Shown: positions 39,409-49,725, counted from the first letter of the stretch. The stretch: DNA of 64,000 nt from Alphaproteobacteria bacterium (GCA_965232515.1 CBDDPY010000002.1:2144001-2208000), one strand, 5' to 3'. The notes: generated from the letters alone by a model not told the origin. Program-made: numbers and translations.

Positions 39409-41082
39409 TTATTGCGCGGAGACCACCACGCAATCGGCGTTGCGGTTGCGCAGCCGGGCGCAGAGATCAATGGCCGAGGCCCGCGCCGCCAGGGGCGCCG
39501 TCAGAACCCTGTAGAACTCTCCACGATCGGCGATGGTGACCCGGGCGATATCCAGCGGCAGGCCGGCCAGGACGTCGCCATGCGCCGTGCGCAGCAAACC
39601 GATGCTGCGTTCCGCGGCGCCCGCCTTGCGGAAGCTGCCGAGCTGTACCCGGAAGCCGCCCGTGGCGGCCAGTGCCGCAACGCGCTGGGCGCCCCCGGCC
39701 ATGCCGGTGTTGTGCGACGCGCCATCAATGGCCGCGACGAATGGATCGGCCGCATAGTCTTCCGTCATCGCCGAAATGCCGGGCGCGTCGACCGGCCGGC
39801 CGGCGCCGGCCGGTGACGGAACCTCGGCCATTAGATCGGGATGCGTATCGAAATCGGCATGCAGACTGGCCACCTTCTTTGGCGCCGGCGTCGGATCGTC
39901 GATCAGGGCTTGCGCCGCGTCGCCCGACGATGCCGGCGCAGCCGGCGGCACCAAGCGCTCGCTCACGGCCGGCGGCGGCAGCTGGGCGCCGAAATCGACA
40001 ATGGTTTCGAGCGAAGCGACAGCGACGCCAACCTCGGGCGCATCTTCTTCCGACGTCGCGAACGGCAGCTGATCGATCTGGGCATCGATATCGGCCGGCG
40101 AAGATCCATCCAACCCGGCCATCTGGGCGGGCGCCGGTACCGGCGTCTCGCCGGTCGCCGGCTGTTCCGCAATCAACACCTGCGTCGGATCGTTCGGCAC
40201 GGCCTCGGCATAAACGGGCGTTTGCGGCACGGCGGGTGGCTTGTCCGCGGCCAACTCGGGCGTCGGCCCGACCGCCGTCGTGACCTGCGACAGCGCCGGC
40301 AGATCGCCACCGGCCTGAATACTGGCGTGCAGGCGCTGGTAGTAGCTCAGATTCTCTTCGGCCATCTCCGACGGCAGGTCCTGGCGCACCAGCTTTTCGG
40401 TCGCCGGCAGGTCGCCCTTCATGGCGTAGAGCAGCGCCAGATTCTGCCGGACCTGAGGTGTCGTTTCCGGCTGGCCGACGGCCCGCTCGAGCGCCGACAC
40501 GGCATCGGCCAAGCGGCCCGCCTGGGCCAGCGACAGGCCCAGATTGTTGAGCACGGCAATGTTCTCGGGCGAAAGCTCGAGCGCCTTCAGATAGTGGGTC
40601 TCGGCTTGGTCGTAGATGCCGAGCCGGTCGTAGGCGATGCCCATCGCCGAGAGGATCTGCCAATCGTCGGGGTGGCTGATGTTGGCCTGCGACAGGTAAT
40701 CGAGCGCCGCCGACGGCTCGCCGAGGGACAGCTCCACCTTGCCCAATTCGCCGAGCAGGCGCGGTTCCTCGGGCCGCTCGCGCAGCGCCCGCTTGAGCAC
40801 GGCCCGGGCCTCGCTCGCCCGCGAGAGGTGACGGAGATTGCGCGACATGCCGATCAGCGAGTCCAGGTCGCCGGGATTGCGCCGATACAGCGAGCCGAAA
40901 TAGGACGCCGCCGTCGCATAATCTCCACGCATTTCGGAGGCGGTTGCCGCCTCTTCCAGACTGTTGCCAAGCTTGGCGTTCATGTCGCTATCGGGCGGCA
41001 TCTTGGCCGTGGTCTGACAGGCGCCAACGACGAGAACCGCGCCGAGACCGAATACCAACCGGAAGAGTGTCTGTTTCTTCAT
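39409..41082 (-). CDS. TadD-like TPR lipoprotein with C-terminal SPOR domain
   Basis: VVGAC lipobox, TPRs (VLNNLGLS, VRQNLAL), Pro/Ala linker, FRVQLGSF..YRV..LC..L..C SPOR motif. Confidence 0.82.
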   Translation of the reverse strand: MKKQTLFRLVFGLGAVLVVGACQTTAKMPPDSDMNAKLGNSLEEAATASEMRGDYATAASYFGSLYRRNPGDLDSLIGMSRNLRHLSRASEARAVLKRALRERPEEPRLLGELGKVELSLGEPSAALDYLSQANISHPDDWQILSAMGIAYDRLGIYDQAETHYLKALELSPENIAVLNNLGLSLAQAGRLADAVSALERAVGQPETTPQVRQNLALLYAMKGDLPATEKLVRQDLPSEMAEENLSYYQRLHASIQAGGDLPALSQVTTAVGPTPELAADKPPAVPQTPVYAEAVPNDPTQVLIAEQPATGETPVPAPAQMAGLDGSSPADIDAQIDQLPFATSEEDAPEVGVAVASLETIVDFGAQLPPPAVSERLVPPAAPASSGDAAQALIDDPTPAPKKVASLHADFDTHPDLMAEVPSPAGAGRPVDAPGISAMTEDYAADPFVAAIDGASHNTGMAGGAQRVAALAATGGFRVQLGSFRKAGAAERSIGLLRTAHGDVLAGLPLDIARVTIADRGEFYRVLTAPLAARASAIDLCARLRNRNADCVVVSAQ

Positions 41083-41371
41083 GGTGAACCGATGATCCGT
41101 TGCTAAACGCGGGCCCTGTTCACTCGCAAGTCCTGCCTCGCGCGCCATGACCCCGACGCTGATGCCCGATATTCGACAAAAGTAAACACGCGAATGGTTA
41201 ATTAAACTTCAATTCGCTCTAAAACACCGAGAAATCAACGATGCCGTATCGGCAATGATGCGCAGCTAAATTTTAAGATTCTTATAGTGAAATAGAGGTA
41301 CCTCAATGGAGCTACCGAAATGCCGGTACTTCCAACACTTCCGATTGATCAATCCGGTCGAGGTCGAGATT

Positions 41372-41944
41372 ATGGCTAATCTTACGCTGCTGTCGTCGGC
41401 ATCGCGCCGGCGAAACACATTGGGCGCCGGACTACGGCGGACGCTGGCCGTCCTCGTCGCTGGCCTAAGCCTGGCGGCATCGGGCGCCTGGGCTCAGGAA
41501 GCGCTGAACGTGCAGGTCGGCAAGGCGGCTAAGTTGGCGCTGTCGGAACAGCCGAATGTCGTCGTGGTCGGCAACCCCGCCATCGCTGATGTTATTGTCG
41601 AGAACTCGCGGCTGATCTTCCTGATGGGCCTGATGCCGGGCGAGACGAACCTGATCGTGCTCGATCGGCGCGGCAACGAGCTGATCTCCGCGCCGATCGT
41701 GGTGACGCCGAGCGATGCGCGAACGGTCACCGTGAACCGCGACGTGGCCGAATTTACCTTCAGCTGCAATCCCCGCTGTGCCGGCATACCGACGCCGACG
41801 AGCGCCGAGGAGGAGGCGGCCGTGTCTGGCGGTGCGGGCGGCGCCACCGGTACCGGCGCCAGCGACCCGAACGATCCGGCGGCCGCCATGCAGAACTTCT
41901 CCGAAGCCTTCTCCAACATCATGAACATGACGGGACCGCAGTAG
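41372..41944 (+). CDS. Pilus formation protein N-terminal domain protein
   Basis: VVVGNPAIADV..GETNLIVLD, FSCNPRC. Confidence 0.85.
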   Translation: MANLTLLSSASRRRNTLGAGLRRTLAVLVAGLSLAASGAWAQEALNVQVGKAAKLALSEQPNVVVVGNPAIADVIVENSRLIFLMGLMPGETNLIVLDRRGNELISAPIVVTPSDARTVTVNRDVAEFTFSCNPRCAGIPTPTSAEEEAAVSGGAGGATGTGASDPNDPAAAMQNFSEAFSNIMNMTGPQ

Positions 41945-42022
41945 TAATGCGCGGCGGCGTCTCCGTCGGCGCCGCCTGCCCCCCGTGCGACGGGGCGTTC
42001 CCGCTTCGCGACAGATAGGCCG

Positions 42023-42871
42023 ATGAAAATCCTCGTTGTCGACGGCGATCAGCTGTTTGCCCGCCTGCTGAAGGCGAAGCTGGAGAAATGGGGGCATCGG
42101 GTGGTCGTCGAGCATGACGGCGCGGCGGCCTATCGGCGGATCCAAAAGGAATCCTTCCGCACGGTGATCCTGGACTGGGATCTGCCGGGCATGAACGGCC
42201 CGGAGCTGTGCGCGAAGATCCGCGCCATGCGGCGGGCCCGCTACACCTATGTCGCCTTCTACACCGCCAAATCCGACCGGGACAGCCTGCTGGCCGGGCT
42301 CGAGGTGGGCGCCGACGACTACCTGCTAAAGCCGCTGAACGTGGTCGAGCTGCGCTTGCGCATGAAGCGCGGGAAGCGCCTTCTGAATCTGGAGGACAAG
42401 CTCCTGGAAAGCGCCGGCGAGGACCAGTCGACAGGCGTCGTGAACGCCGCCAGCTTTCGGCAGTTCTTCCGCGTGGTCCTGGCCGAGGCCCGGCGCACCC
42501 GATCCGACGGCACGCTGATGTTCGTCACCGTCCGCAACTTCGGCACCGTGCTGCGCGAGCACGGCTACAACCCCGCCCATGGCATGATGCGCGAAGTCGC
42601 CGCCGTGCTGAACCGCGGTGTCCGCGAGAGCGATCTGGTGGGCAAGGTCGAGGAGAACGAGTTCTGCGTGCTGTTGCAGAGCACGCACCACGAAAACAGC
42701 CTGCCGGTTGTCGAGAAGCTGGCCGTGCGCCTGCGCAACCTGGCGATCTATGTCGAGGACACCGCCCTGCATCCCGACATCGGCATCACCGTCGCCGGCT
42801 ATCCGCACGGCAATCTGAGCTACGAGCAGATTCTGGACGGCAGTGACGACCGCCTGCCCGTAGCCAGCTAG
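42023..42871 (+). CDS. Response regulator with degenerate GGDEF domain
   Basis: REC (ILDWDLPGMNG, GADDYLLKP); GGDEF position reads VEENEF; RESD upstream. Confidence 0.82.
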   Translation: MKILVVDGDQLFARLLKAKLEKWGHRVVVEHDGAAAYRRIQKESFRTVILDWDLPGMNGPELCAKIRAMRRARYTYVAFYTAKSDRDSLLAGLEVGADDYLLKPLNVVELRLRMKRGKRLLNLEDKLLESAGEDQSTGVVNAASFRQFFRVVLAEARRTRSDGTLMFVTVRNFGTVLREHGYNPAHGMMREVAAVLNRGVRESDLVGKVEENEFCVLLQSTHHENSLPVVEKLAVRLRNLAIYVEDTALHPDIGITVAGYPHGNLSYEQILDGSDDRLPVAS

Positions 42872-42917
42872 ATCACTCTGCCTGCCGGAACCCGGCGACC
42901 CACGAAATCGGCAACAG

Positions 42918-42960
42918 AAAACGCCATCCCAATCTCCACGTGGGAGACGGGGATAGCGTT
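42918..42960. terminator. Hairpin between convergent genes
   Basis: AACGCCATCCC..TCTCC ACGT GGGAGA..GGGATAGCGTT imperfect stem. Confidence 0.45.
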
Positions 42961-42983
42961 CCTGAGTCAGGCCCGGTGCCGGG

Positions 42984-44534
42984 CTAGCTGCCGATACGAA
43001 GGTTGCTGAGCTCCTGTGCGATCTCCTGGAACACGCTGCGCAGCTGGGCGTTGGTCGGCGAGTTGAAGTACATGGCCGGCGTGGTCGCACAGTTCTCGTA
43101 AAGGGTCCGAAGGCTGGAGCTCGTCACCTGGAAGGTGATGGTGTAGAGCCGGATATGCTTCGGATCGGGATGCGGGTTGATGCTCTTTATCAGATTGCAG
43201 ACGTCGGTGAACTTGTCGTCGACCGCGTCCTCCGCGGCAATCCGGTCTGTCGTACCAAGGCGGCCCTCATGGAGAAATCCATATCCGCTATAGTCCGACA
43301 GATTGGGCGTGTCGCCCTGACAGCAGACCTGGTTCACACCGTCGGTCAGCATGATGATCGCCTTGACGTTGGCGTCGTCGTTGTAACCGGTGCCTTCGGT
43401 GTACGGGACGCCGGGCGAGATCACCCGTAGGCCCCAGATCAGGCCGAGCGCACCGTTGGTGCCGCTGTTCCGCCATGCATCCATGGCGGCGATCTCGGCA
43501 AACAGACCGTCACGGTTGTTGGTCAACGGCACGATCTGTTGCGGACAGGCCTTGTTCGGGCCGGACGTCGACTGCGGCGTTTCGTCGATCGACGCCGTCG
43601 CCGCCTGATCGATGTACTTGCTGCGCCGCTCCTGTCGGGTAAAGAAGCCGCCGCCGCCGTCATCATCCATATAGTCGTTGTTCGTGTCGCTGTCGTTGTC
43701 AGGCTCGTCCGCCCAGAAATACGGCACCCAATAGGTGTTCGGCGTACCGGGCGTGGGCGGCGTGTCCTGAACGTCGTACGGCGACGGCCGGGCCTCGACG
43801 CAGCCCTTCCAGGGGACGCCCAGGTCTGCGAAGAGGGTGTGATGGTTCGGCTTGCCCGTCATGTTGGCGCCGTTGTAGAGAGCCGCACCGGCTTGGTCGG
43901 TAAGGGCGATATTGCCGGGGCCGATGTTCACCGTGGTCACATACGGCACCATGCCGACCTTCAGATTCGGCGGGAAGGCCTGGCTGCCGAACAGAATGTC
44001 GACCAGATCGTTCGCCGCGGTCCGCAAGGCGGCAATCTTGCCGCTGTGCCGCATCGAGCCCGTGTTGTCGAGCACCAGCACGACTTCCATGCCTTTGATT
44101 TCGCGCACGATGGTCGAGTTTTCGGCGACGGTGATGTTGTGCACGCCAAGAACCGACATCAGCGTCGCGTTGACATCGGCCGTGGCCGTCAGCGTGATCG
44201 TATCGTCGACGATGGTCATGACCGGAGTCGCCGGCACGCCGATCTCGTGCGCCGGATAGTTGGCGTCGAAATAGCGCTGCATGACGGCCTCGAGCTGGGC
44301 CTGATCGCCGGTCGACGAGCCGACCGCGAGGCCGGCCGCATCCAAGGCCATGCCCAGGCGCTGCTTGACCAGATAGGCGCGGGAGATATCCACGGCCGCG
44401 CCACCGGCAGCCACCATCGGAATCAGGGCAAAGACAAACACGATAGCCACGGCCCCGCGGCGGTTTTCGGTGAAATGACGCCATCTGCGCGCAACGCGCC
44501 GACCTGCGTCCGTACAACGTTCGGAAAACCGCAT
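42984..44534 (-). CDS. tadG: TadG-like pseudopilin with vWA domain
   Basis: RGAVAIVF pilin-like leader, VLVLDNTGSM MIDAS, MLTDG. Confidence 0.88.
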   Translation of the reverse strand: MRFSERCTDAGRRVARRWRHFTENRRGAVAIVFVFALIPMVAAGGAAVDISRAYLVKQRLGMALDAAGLAVGSSTGDQAQLEAVMQRYFDANYPAHEIGVPATPVMTIVDDTITLTATADVNATLMSVLGVHNITVAENSTIVREIKGMEVVLVLDNTGSMRHSGKIAALRTAANDLVDILFGSQAFPPNLKVGMVPYVTTVNIGPGNIALTDQAGAALYNGANMTGKPNHHTLFADLGVPWKGCVEARPSPYDVQDTPPTPGTPNTYWVPYFWADEPDNDSDTNNDYMDDDGGGGFFTRQERRSKYIDQAATASIDETPQSTSGPNKACPQQIVPLTNNRDGLFAEIAAMDAWRNSGTNGALGLIWGLRVISPGVPYTEGTGYNDDANVKAIIMLTDGVNQVCCQGDTPNLSDYSGYGFLHEGRLGTTDRIAAEDAVDDKFTDVCNLIKSINPHPDPKHIRLYTITFQVTSSSLRTLYENCATTPAMYFNSPTNAQLRSVFQEIAQELSNLRIGS

Positions 44535-44618
44535 TGCTAGTCTCCCTTTGTCAAATTCGGTTCCCGACGCCGGCTCGCATCGCGGCCGGCGTCAAATTTC
44601 AATCGCCGTGTCGGCGCA

Positions 44619-45176
44619 TCACAGCTTCTGGACGCGCTTGCTCCGCCGCGGCCGCAGATAGACCTGATCGGTGATCGTGAAGGGGGTCAAAATCAGATCG
44701 CTGTAAACCGGCGAAAAGTTGTATTCGATCTGAACCGCGATCACGCTTTGGTCTTCCTCCAGCAGGCCGGACGGGATGCCGGTGTCGCTGGCGCTCGCCG
44801 CCGCGCCGCCGCCACGGGAGACGCTCCAGTCGAGCTGCGGCGTCGTGCTGCCGGGGTCGGTCACGACGCTCGAGATCACCAGCCGGGTGTTGTTCGGGAA
44901 CGGCGCGATGATCTGTTCCATCGCCGAGAACACGTCATCCAGCTCCGGGTCGGTGATCGCGCTCAATTGCGCCACCAGATCGCCGCCGATATGAGCCGAG
45001 CGCGAGAGCTTGCGGTCCAGCAGCAAGGCGTCGCCGAGCTCGATCGATCCCAGGAAGACGAACAGCATGACCGGCACGACCAGTGCGAACTCGATCGAGG
45101 CGACGCCGCGCCGCGAACGCCGGAACAGGCGCCAATGTCGATAGCAGCGAGATTTGCTCATGGTCGGCTCCGTCAA
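44619..45176 (-). CDS. TadE/TadG family pseudopilin
   Basis: RGVASIEFALVVP, YLRPR. Confidence 0.88.
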   Translation of the reverse strand: MTEPTMSKSRCYRHWRLFRRSRRGVASIEFALVVPVMLFVFLGSIELGDALLLDRKLSRSAHIGGDLVAQLSAITDPELDDVFSAMEQIIAPFPNNTRLVISSVVTDPGSTTPQLDWSVSRGGGAAASASDTGIPSGLLEEDQSVIAVQIEYNFSPVYSDLILTPFTITDQVYLRPRRSKRVQKL

Positions 45177-45724
45177 CCGGCTCCGGGATTCCCGAAGGGC
45201 TCATTCATGAAAACGGACGTGGAGACGAGTTGCTTGCTGTTGGCGGCGCCGTCGCCCAGCAAATGACCGATCAACGGCGTCATGAACTGCCAGCGATAGG
45301 CCACCCGGACCAGGACGACGTCGCCCGGTCCGCCGGGCAGGAATTGATTGTTATCGGCCGCGCCGTCGGAATCGACAAAGTCAGGATAGTTCACGTCGCC
45401 AAAATCGTCGTAGCGGCGCACGTCGATGACCACGTCGCCGCAGGTCATCAGCCTCGACAGGTTCGAGCAGAGCAATGTCGAGAAGGTGCCAGTCGGATCG
45501 CCGGATGACTGCACCGCGCCGGTTCGGATCTGCCGCGCCGCCTCGCCGACCTGACCCTCGAGAGTCGCGGCGGCGAAAAACATTGTCGAGACTTCGAAAA
45601 TGCCAAATGACAGCACGAAGAACGGCGGCAGCACCAAGGCGGACTCCAGCGCCGTTATGCCGCGGCGGCAGTGGGCCAGCGCCGTCGCCGCAGCCGGTAG
45701 CTTCGTCTTCAAGTACCGCAACAC
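45173..45724 (-). CDS. tadE: TadE family pseudopilin
   Basis: RGITALESALV, ARQIRTG, NEPF; SD GGGGAG. Confidence 0.88.
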   Translation of the reverse strand: MLRYLKTKLPAAATALAHCRRGITALESALVLPPFFVLSFGIFEVSTMFFAAATLEGQVGEAARQIRTGAVQSSGDPTGTFSTLLCSNLSRLMTCGDVVIDVRRYDDFGDVNYPDFVDSDGAADNNQFLPGGPGDVVLVRVAYRWQFMTPLIGHLLGDGAANSKQLVSTSVFMNEPFGNPGAG

Positions 45725-46094
45725 GGCTCGATCTCCCCTCGTAGGTTCGTGCCAGGCATCGACAAGGTCTGTGCCCGCTTGCCGGGCGGATTTCCGCCAC
45801 TCTCGCCTGTCGCCGTCATTCCCGGCCGCTGGATCGGCTATCGAGCCGAAGTCGTCAGATCAAGCCCAGGAAATAGAGGCGCTGCGGTATATTACGCCTG
45901 AAAGAAATTAATGAAATATAAACTCGGCGAGATCGATGTTTTCATAAAATTTTTGGTATTTTTTCTTCGATTTTATTGAATACAGATAAATCACTGCTTG
46001 GTGTGCTGAATAATCAGTGAAGTAATGATCAACCATGATCGCAATTCTACGACTGCGGGCAGGTTGGCGACCGCGATCCGGTCCGATCGAAACC

Positions 46095-46841
46095 CTATGG
46101 CTTACGGAAAACCACCCCGGCCAGCCAGCCGGCGAACAAGGCCATCAGGATTGCCAGCAAGCCGTAGACCGCGGCGTGGCGATGGGCGAATTCGAAGACC
46201 CGGGCGCCGATGCCGATCTTGCTGACCACCAAGGGCGTGGTCTGGGCGCTTCTGACCTCGCCGTCGCGGATCAGATAGACGGTCACCGTATAGGTGCCGG
46301 TGGGCACGTTCGATGGCAGATGGACATCGGTTCGGAACAGCCGCGGGGCGACGAAGCGAACCTTGCCGAGGCGGTCGTGGAAGACGCCGAGACGCTGCTT
46401 GTTGCGGATCAAGGCGTTGCGAAACGATGCCGTCACGGCCTCCGGCGCCACCTCACCGGGATTGAAGCGCAGGTACTGCAGGCCGATCTGATGCCGCGCC
46501 AACAACGGCGAGTCGGCGATATCCTGCAATGGGCGGCTCGAGGCGACGCTATAGAAGGCAGGAATCTCAGAAAATGGGAACTGTTGACGGTTGACCCAGA
46601 TCCCGGCGACGCGCTCCTTGCGGCGGACGATATCCCGCTGCTCCGGGCCGCGCACCACGACGACCACGTCGCCCTCGCCGTTCGTGGCGCCGAACAGCAG
46701 CAGGTCAGTGCCGACAAAGCCCGTGGTCACGGCGACGAGGTGCTTGGAGAGATCGGCGACCAGGGCCTGCGCCCGCGCCTCCTCGGCGCTCTGCCAGAAG
46801 CAGTAGACGAGTCCAATCAACAGGCTCAAGCGCGCGATCAT
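46095..46841 (-). CDS. TIGR02186-type conserved membrane-anchored protein
   Basis: GTDLLLFGA, RRKERVAGIWVN, LFRT; usual partner of the upstream TauE gene. Confidence 0.8.
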   Translation of the reverse strand: MIARLSLLIGLVYCFWQSAEEARAQALVADLSKHLVAVTTGFVGTDLLLFGATNGEGDVVVVVRGPEQRDIVRRKERVAGIWVNRQQFPFSEIPAFYSVASSRPLQDIADSPLLARHQIGLQYLRFNPGEVAPEAVTASFRNALIRNKQRLGVFHDRLGKVRFVAPRLFRTDVHLPSNVPTGTYTVTVYLIRDGEVRSAQTTPLVVSKIGIGARVFEFAHRHAAVYGLLAILMALFAGWLAGVVFRKP

Positions 46842-47758
46842 TCCGACACCAGGTAGCCGAGCGAATAGATATCGGCCGGGGTCGCGACCAGGTCATAGGC
46901 CAGCTTGCCGCAGACCGCCAGGACCAGCAGCGCCAGCAGGCTGCGCAGCTGCTCGCCATGCAGCCGGGCGCCGGCGCGGCTGCCGAACTGCGCGCCGATC
47001 ACGCCGCCCGTCAGCAGCAGCAGCGCCAGCACGACGTCGACCGTCTGGTTTTGCCAGGCCTGCAGGAAGGTCACGTTCGCCGTGACGAAGATGATCTGGA
47101 ACAGCGAGGTGCCAACCACGACCGATGTCGGCATGCCCAGCAGATAGATCATCGCCGGCACCATGATGAACCCGCCGCCGACGCCCATGATCGCCGCCAG
47201 GACGCCGACAAAGATGCCCACGGCCAACGGCAGCAAGGCGCTGATATACAGCTTCGACTTGCGGAAGCGCATCTTGAACGGCAAGCCGTGCAGCCAGTTG
47301 TGCTGATGCAGCTTGACGCGCCGGCCGGTCGGTTTGCGGCGGCGCTGCATGGCCCGCAGGCTCTCGAACAGCATCAGAAAGCCGATGATGCCGAGGAACA
47401 CCACATACGACAGCGAGATCACCAGGTCGATCTGGCCGGCGCCGCGCAGGATGCTGAACAGCCAGACGCCAAGCGTGGAACCGATGAAGCCGCCGACCAG
47501 CAGCACCATTCCCATCTTGAAGTCGACATTGCCGCGCCGCCAATGCGCGAGCGCGCCGGAGACCGAGGAGGCGACGATCTGGTTCGCCTCGGTCGCCACG
47601 GCGACCGCCGGCGGCACGCCGATGAAGATCAGCAGCGGCGTCATCAGGAAGCCGCCGCCGACGCCGAACAGCCCGGACAGGAACCCGACCGCGCCGCCCA
47701 GGCCCAACAGCAGAAAAACGTTGAGCGACAGTTCGGCGATCGGAAGGTAAATCTGCAT
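46838..47758 (-). CDS. Sulfite exporter TauE/SafE family
   Basis: MQIYLPIAE, GLFGVGGGFLMTP, MGVGGGFIMVP. Confidence 0.9.
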   Translation of the reverse strand: MQIYLPIAELSLNVFLLLGLGGAVGFLSGLFGVGGGFLMTPLLIFIGVPPAVAVATEANQIVASSVSGALAHWRRGNVDFKMGMVLLVGGFIGSTLGVWLFSILRGAGQIDLVISLSYVVFLGIIGFLMLFESLRAMQRRRKPTGRRVKLHQHNWLHGLPFKMRFRKSKLYISALLPLAVGIFVGVLAAIMGVGGGFIMVPAMIYLLGMPTSVVVGTSLFQIIFVTANVTFLQAWQNQTVDVVLALLLLTGGVIGAQFGSRAGARLHGEQLRSLLALLVLAVCGKLAYDLVATPADIYSLGYLVSE

Positions 47759-48000
47759 CGAAGACCCGATGCCCGGTCTACACTGTTTTACGTCTGGCGA
47801 CGTCTACGACGTGTCGAGCGTGCGTCAAGAATTAATTCGGAAGCGCGGAAGCGCGCGCCACAATATCCCCATTCGCGACCACGCACCACCCGCATTATGG
47901 CCAATAGCCATGCGTGGCGCGCGACCCTGGATCACGCGTCGGTCAAAATTTCAGCAGCCCGGATCGCCGGGCGCCGACGAGGGCTTGCTTGCTGGGCGGG

Positions 48001-48390
48001 CTAGGAAGTCGTTTCAGCCATCACGGCTTGCCCGTCGGCCGGCGAGGGTCGGCTGGGACGGCACAGGATGTGGTGTAGCGACTCCAACAGTTCCGTCACC
48101 TCGCTATTGGCGACCGAGTAGAAGATGTTCTGCGCCGCGCGACGGGTTTCGACCAGGCCGTCGCGCCTGAGCCGGGCCAGATGCTGCGACAGAGCCGACT
48201 GGCTTATGCCGATCAGGGCTTCCAGTTCGCTGACCGACCGTTCACCTTCGATCAGGTAGCACAACACAGTCAACCGGCGCTCATTCCCCATGGCCTTGAG
48301 CAGCGTGCTGGCCCGCCGTGCATTCTCGCGCAGTTCGCCGGCCTTCTCGTCCATCGCTATCAATCGGTCCCCCAGAATCCCCATTTGCAT
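48001..48390 (-). CDS. ArsR family regulator (BigR/SqrR-like)
   Basis: RLTVLC, SQSALSQHLARLR, RRAAQNIFYS, second Cys in HILC. Confidence 0.85.
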   Translation of the reverse strand: MQMGILGDRLIAMDEKAGELRENARRASTLLKAMGNERRLTVLCYLIEGERSVSELEALIGISQSALSQHLARLRRDGLVETRRAAQNIFYSVANSEVTELLESLHHILCRPSRPSPADGQAVMAETTS

Positions 48391-48507
48391 AAATTCACTT
48401 CCCTGAAGCGCGGCATGCCCGCCTTGGGCACAGCATTTCCTAATGAGAAGTAGATCCCGGACCGGCGCTGTCCAGCCGTGAGCGGCGAAGAATGTCGGTT
48501 TTTTCGA

Positions 48508-49260
48508 TCAGCCGATCTGGCCGAGGATGGGGAACGCCTCGATCAGCCAAAAACCCAGCAATTCGAAGGAGTTAAAAAGGAACAGCACGCCGGTCACCAC
48601 CAGCAGGCCGCCAACCCCCTTCTCGACCGTCGGCATGTGCCGGCGAAAGCGCTTGGCCCAGCGCATGAACGGGCGGGCGGCCAGCGCGGCGATCACGAAC
48701 GGGATGCCTAGGCCCACCGCATAGGCCGTCAGCAGCGAGGTGCCGAAGGTCACCGACTCCGACTGGGCCGCGACGGCCAGGATGGTCGCCAGAACCGGAC
48801 CGATGCACGGCGTCCATCCGAAGGCGAACGCGAGGCCGATAACGAACGCGCCGATGAGCCCCGCCGGCTTGCCCTGCATATGGAACCGGGCCTCGAAATT
48901 GAGGAAACCGATCCGGAACAGGCCCATGAAATGCAGACCGAACAGGATGATCACGACGCCGGCGATCTTGCCCAGCACCAGTTTGTGCTCCAGCAACAGT
49001 CCGCTGATCGCCGAAGCGGAAGCGCCGAGGGAGATGAAAACGACACTGAAACCGCAGACAAAGGCAATGGCGGCAGCGATGATGCGGCCGCCGGGCCGCT
49101 CCGCACCCTCGTCCCGGGGCGCGTCGTCGGTCAACTGCTCGAGCGAGACGCCGCCGATATAGCAGAGATAGGCCGGCACCAGGGGCAACACGCACGGCGA
49201 CAGGAAGCTGAGCATGCCAGCCCCCACCGCGCCAATGTAGGAAACGTCGAATCCACCCAT
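48508..49260 (-). CDS. ccdA: Cytochrome c biogenesis protein CcdA
   Basis: SFLSPCVLPLVPAY, FGWTPCIGP. Confidence 0.92.
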   Translation of the reverse strand: MGGFDVSYIGAVGAGMLSFLSPCVLPLVPAYLCYIGGVSLEQLTDDAPRDEGAERPGGRIIAAAIAFVCGFSVVFISLGASASAISGLLLEHKLVLGKIAGVVIILFGLHFMGLFRIGFLNFEARFHMQGKPAGLIGAFVIGLAFAFGWTPCIGPVLATILAVAAQSESVTFGTSLLTAYAVGLGIPFVIAALAARPFMRWAKRFRRHMPTVEKGVGGLLVVTGVLFLFNSFELLGFWLIEAFPILGQIG

Positions 49261-49415
49261 CCGATCGGCCTCAAGGAACGCCACCGGTCCATCTAACATC
49301 GCCGGGAAAGGCTTTAAAGACAACGCGCTATCACGATGTCTTGACGGAACCCGAACGACGCCCGACGATTCCACATTCGTCTCCGACGCCCCGGGGCGAC
49401 AGGATCTCTAGAGAT

Positions 49416-49643
49416 ATGGCACAGCGAACGCTCGACGCAACCGGCTTGACCTGCCCGCTGCCCGTGCTGCGGGCCCGGAAGGCGCTGAAAGACATGTCCG
49501 GCGGCGACGAGCTGACGGTGCTGGCGACCGATCCGAGCGCCGTTAATGACTTCCACGCATTCTGCGACGCAGCCGGCCATCGGCTCATCGACTGGCGGCG
49601 GGAGGACGAGATCCTGACATTCATCATCGAAAAGGCCGGCTGA
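49416..49643 (+). CDS. TusA family sulfurtransferase
   Basis: LDATGLTCPLP, TDP. Confidence 0.9.
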   Translation: MAQRTLDATGLTCPLPVLRARKALKDMSGGDELTVLATDPSAVNDFHAFCDAAGHRLIDWRREDEILTFIIEKAG

Positions 49644-49725
49644 CCCCACGGCGCGCGCCTGCCCGGCTTCGCCCGGTCACGGCTTTCTGTTAAAACAACC
49701 GCGCAGAACTGTAAGGGAGGCGGCG

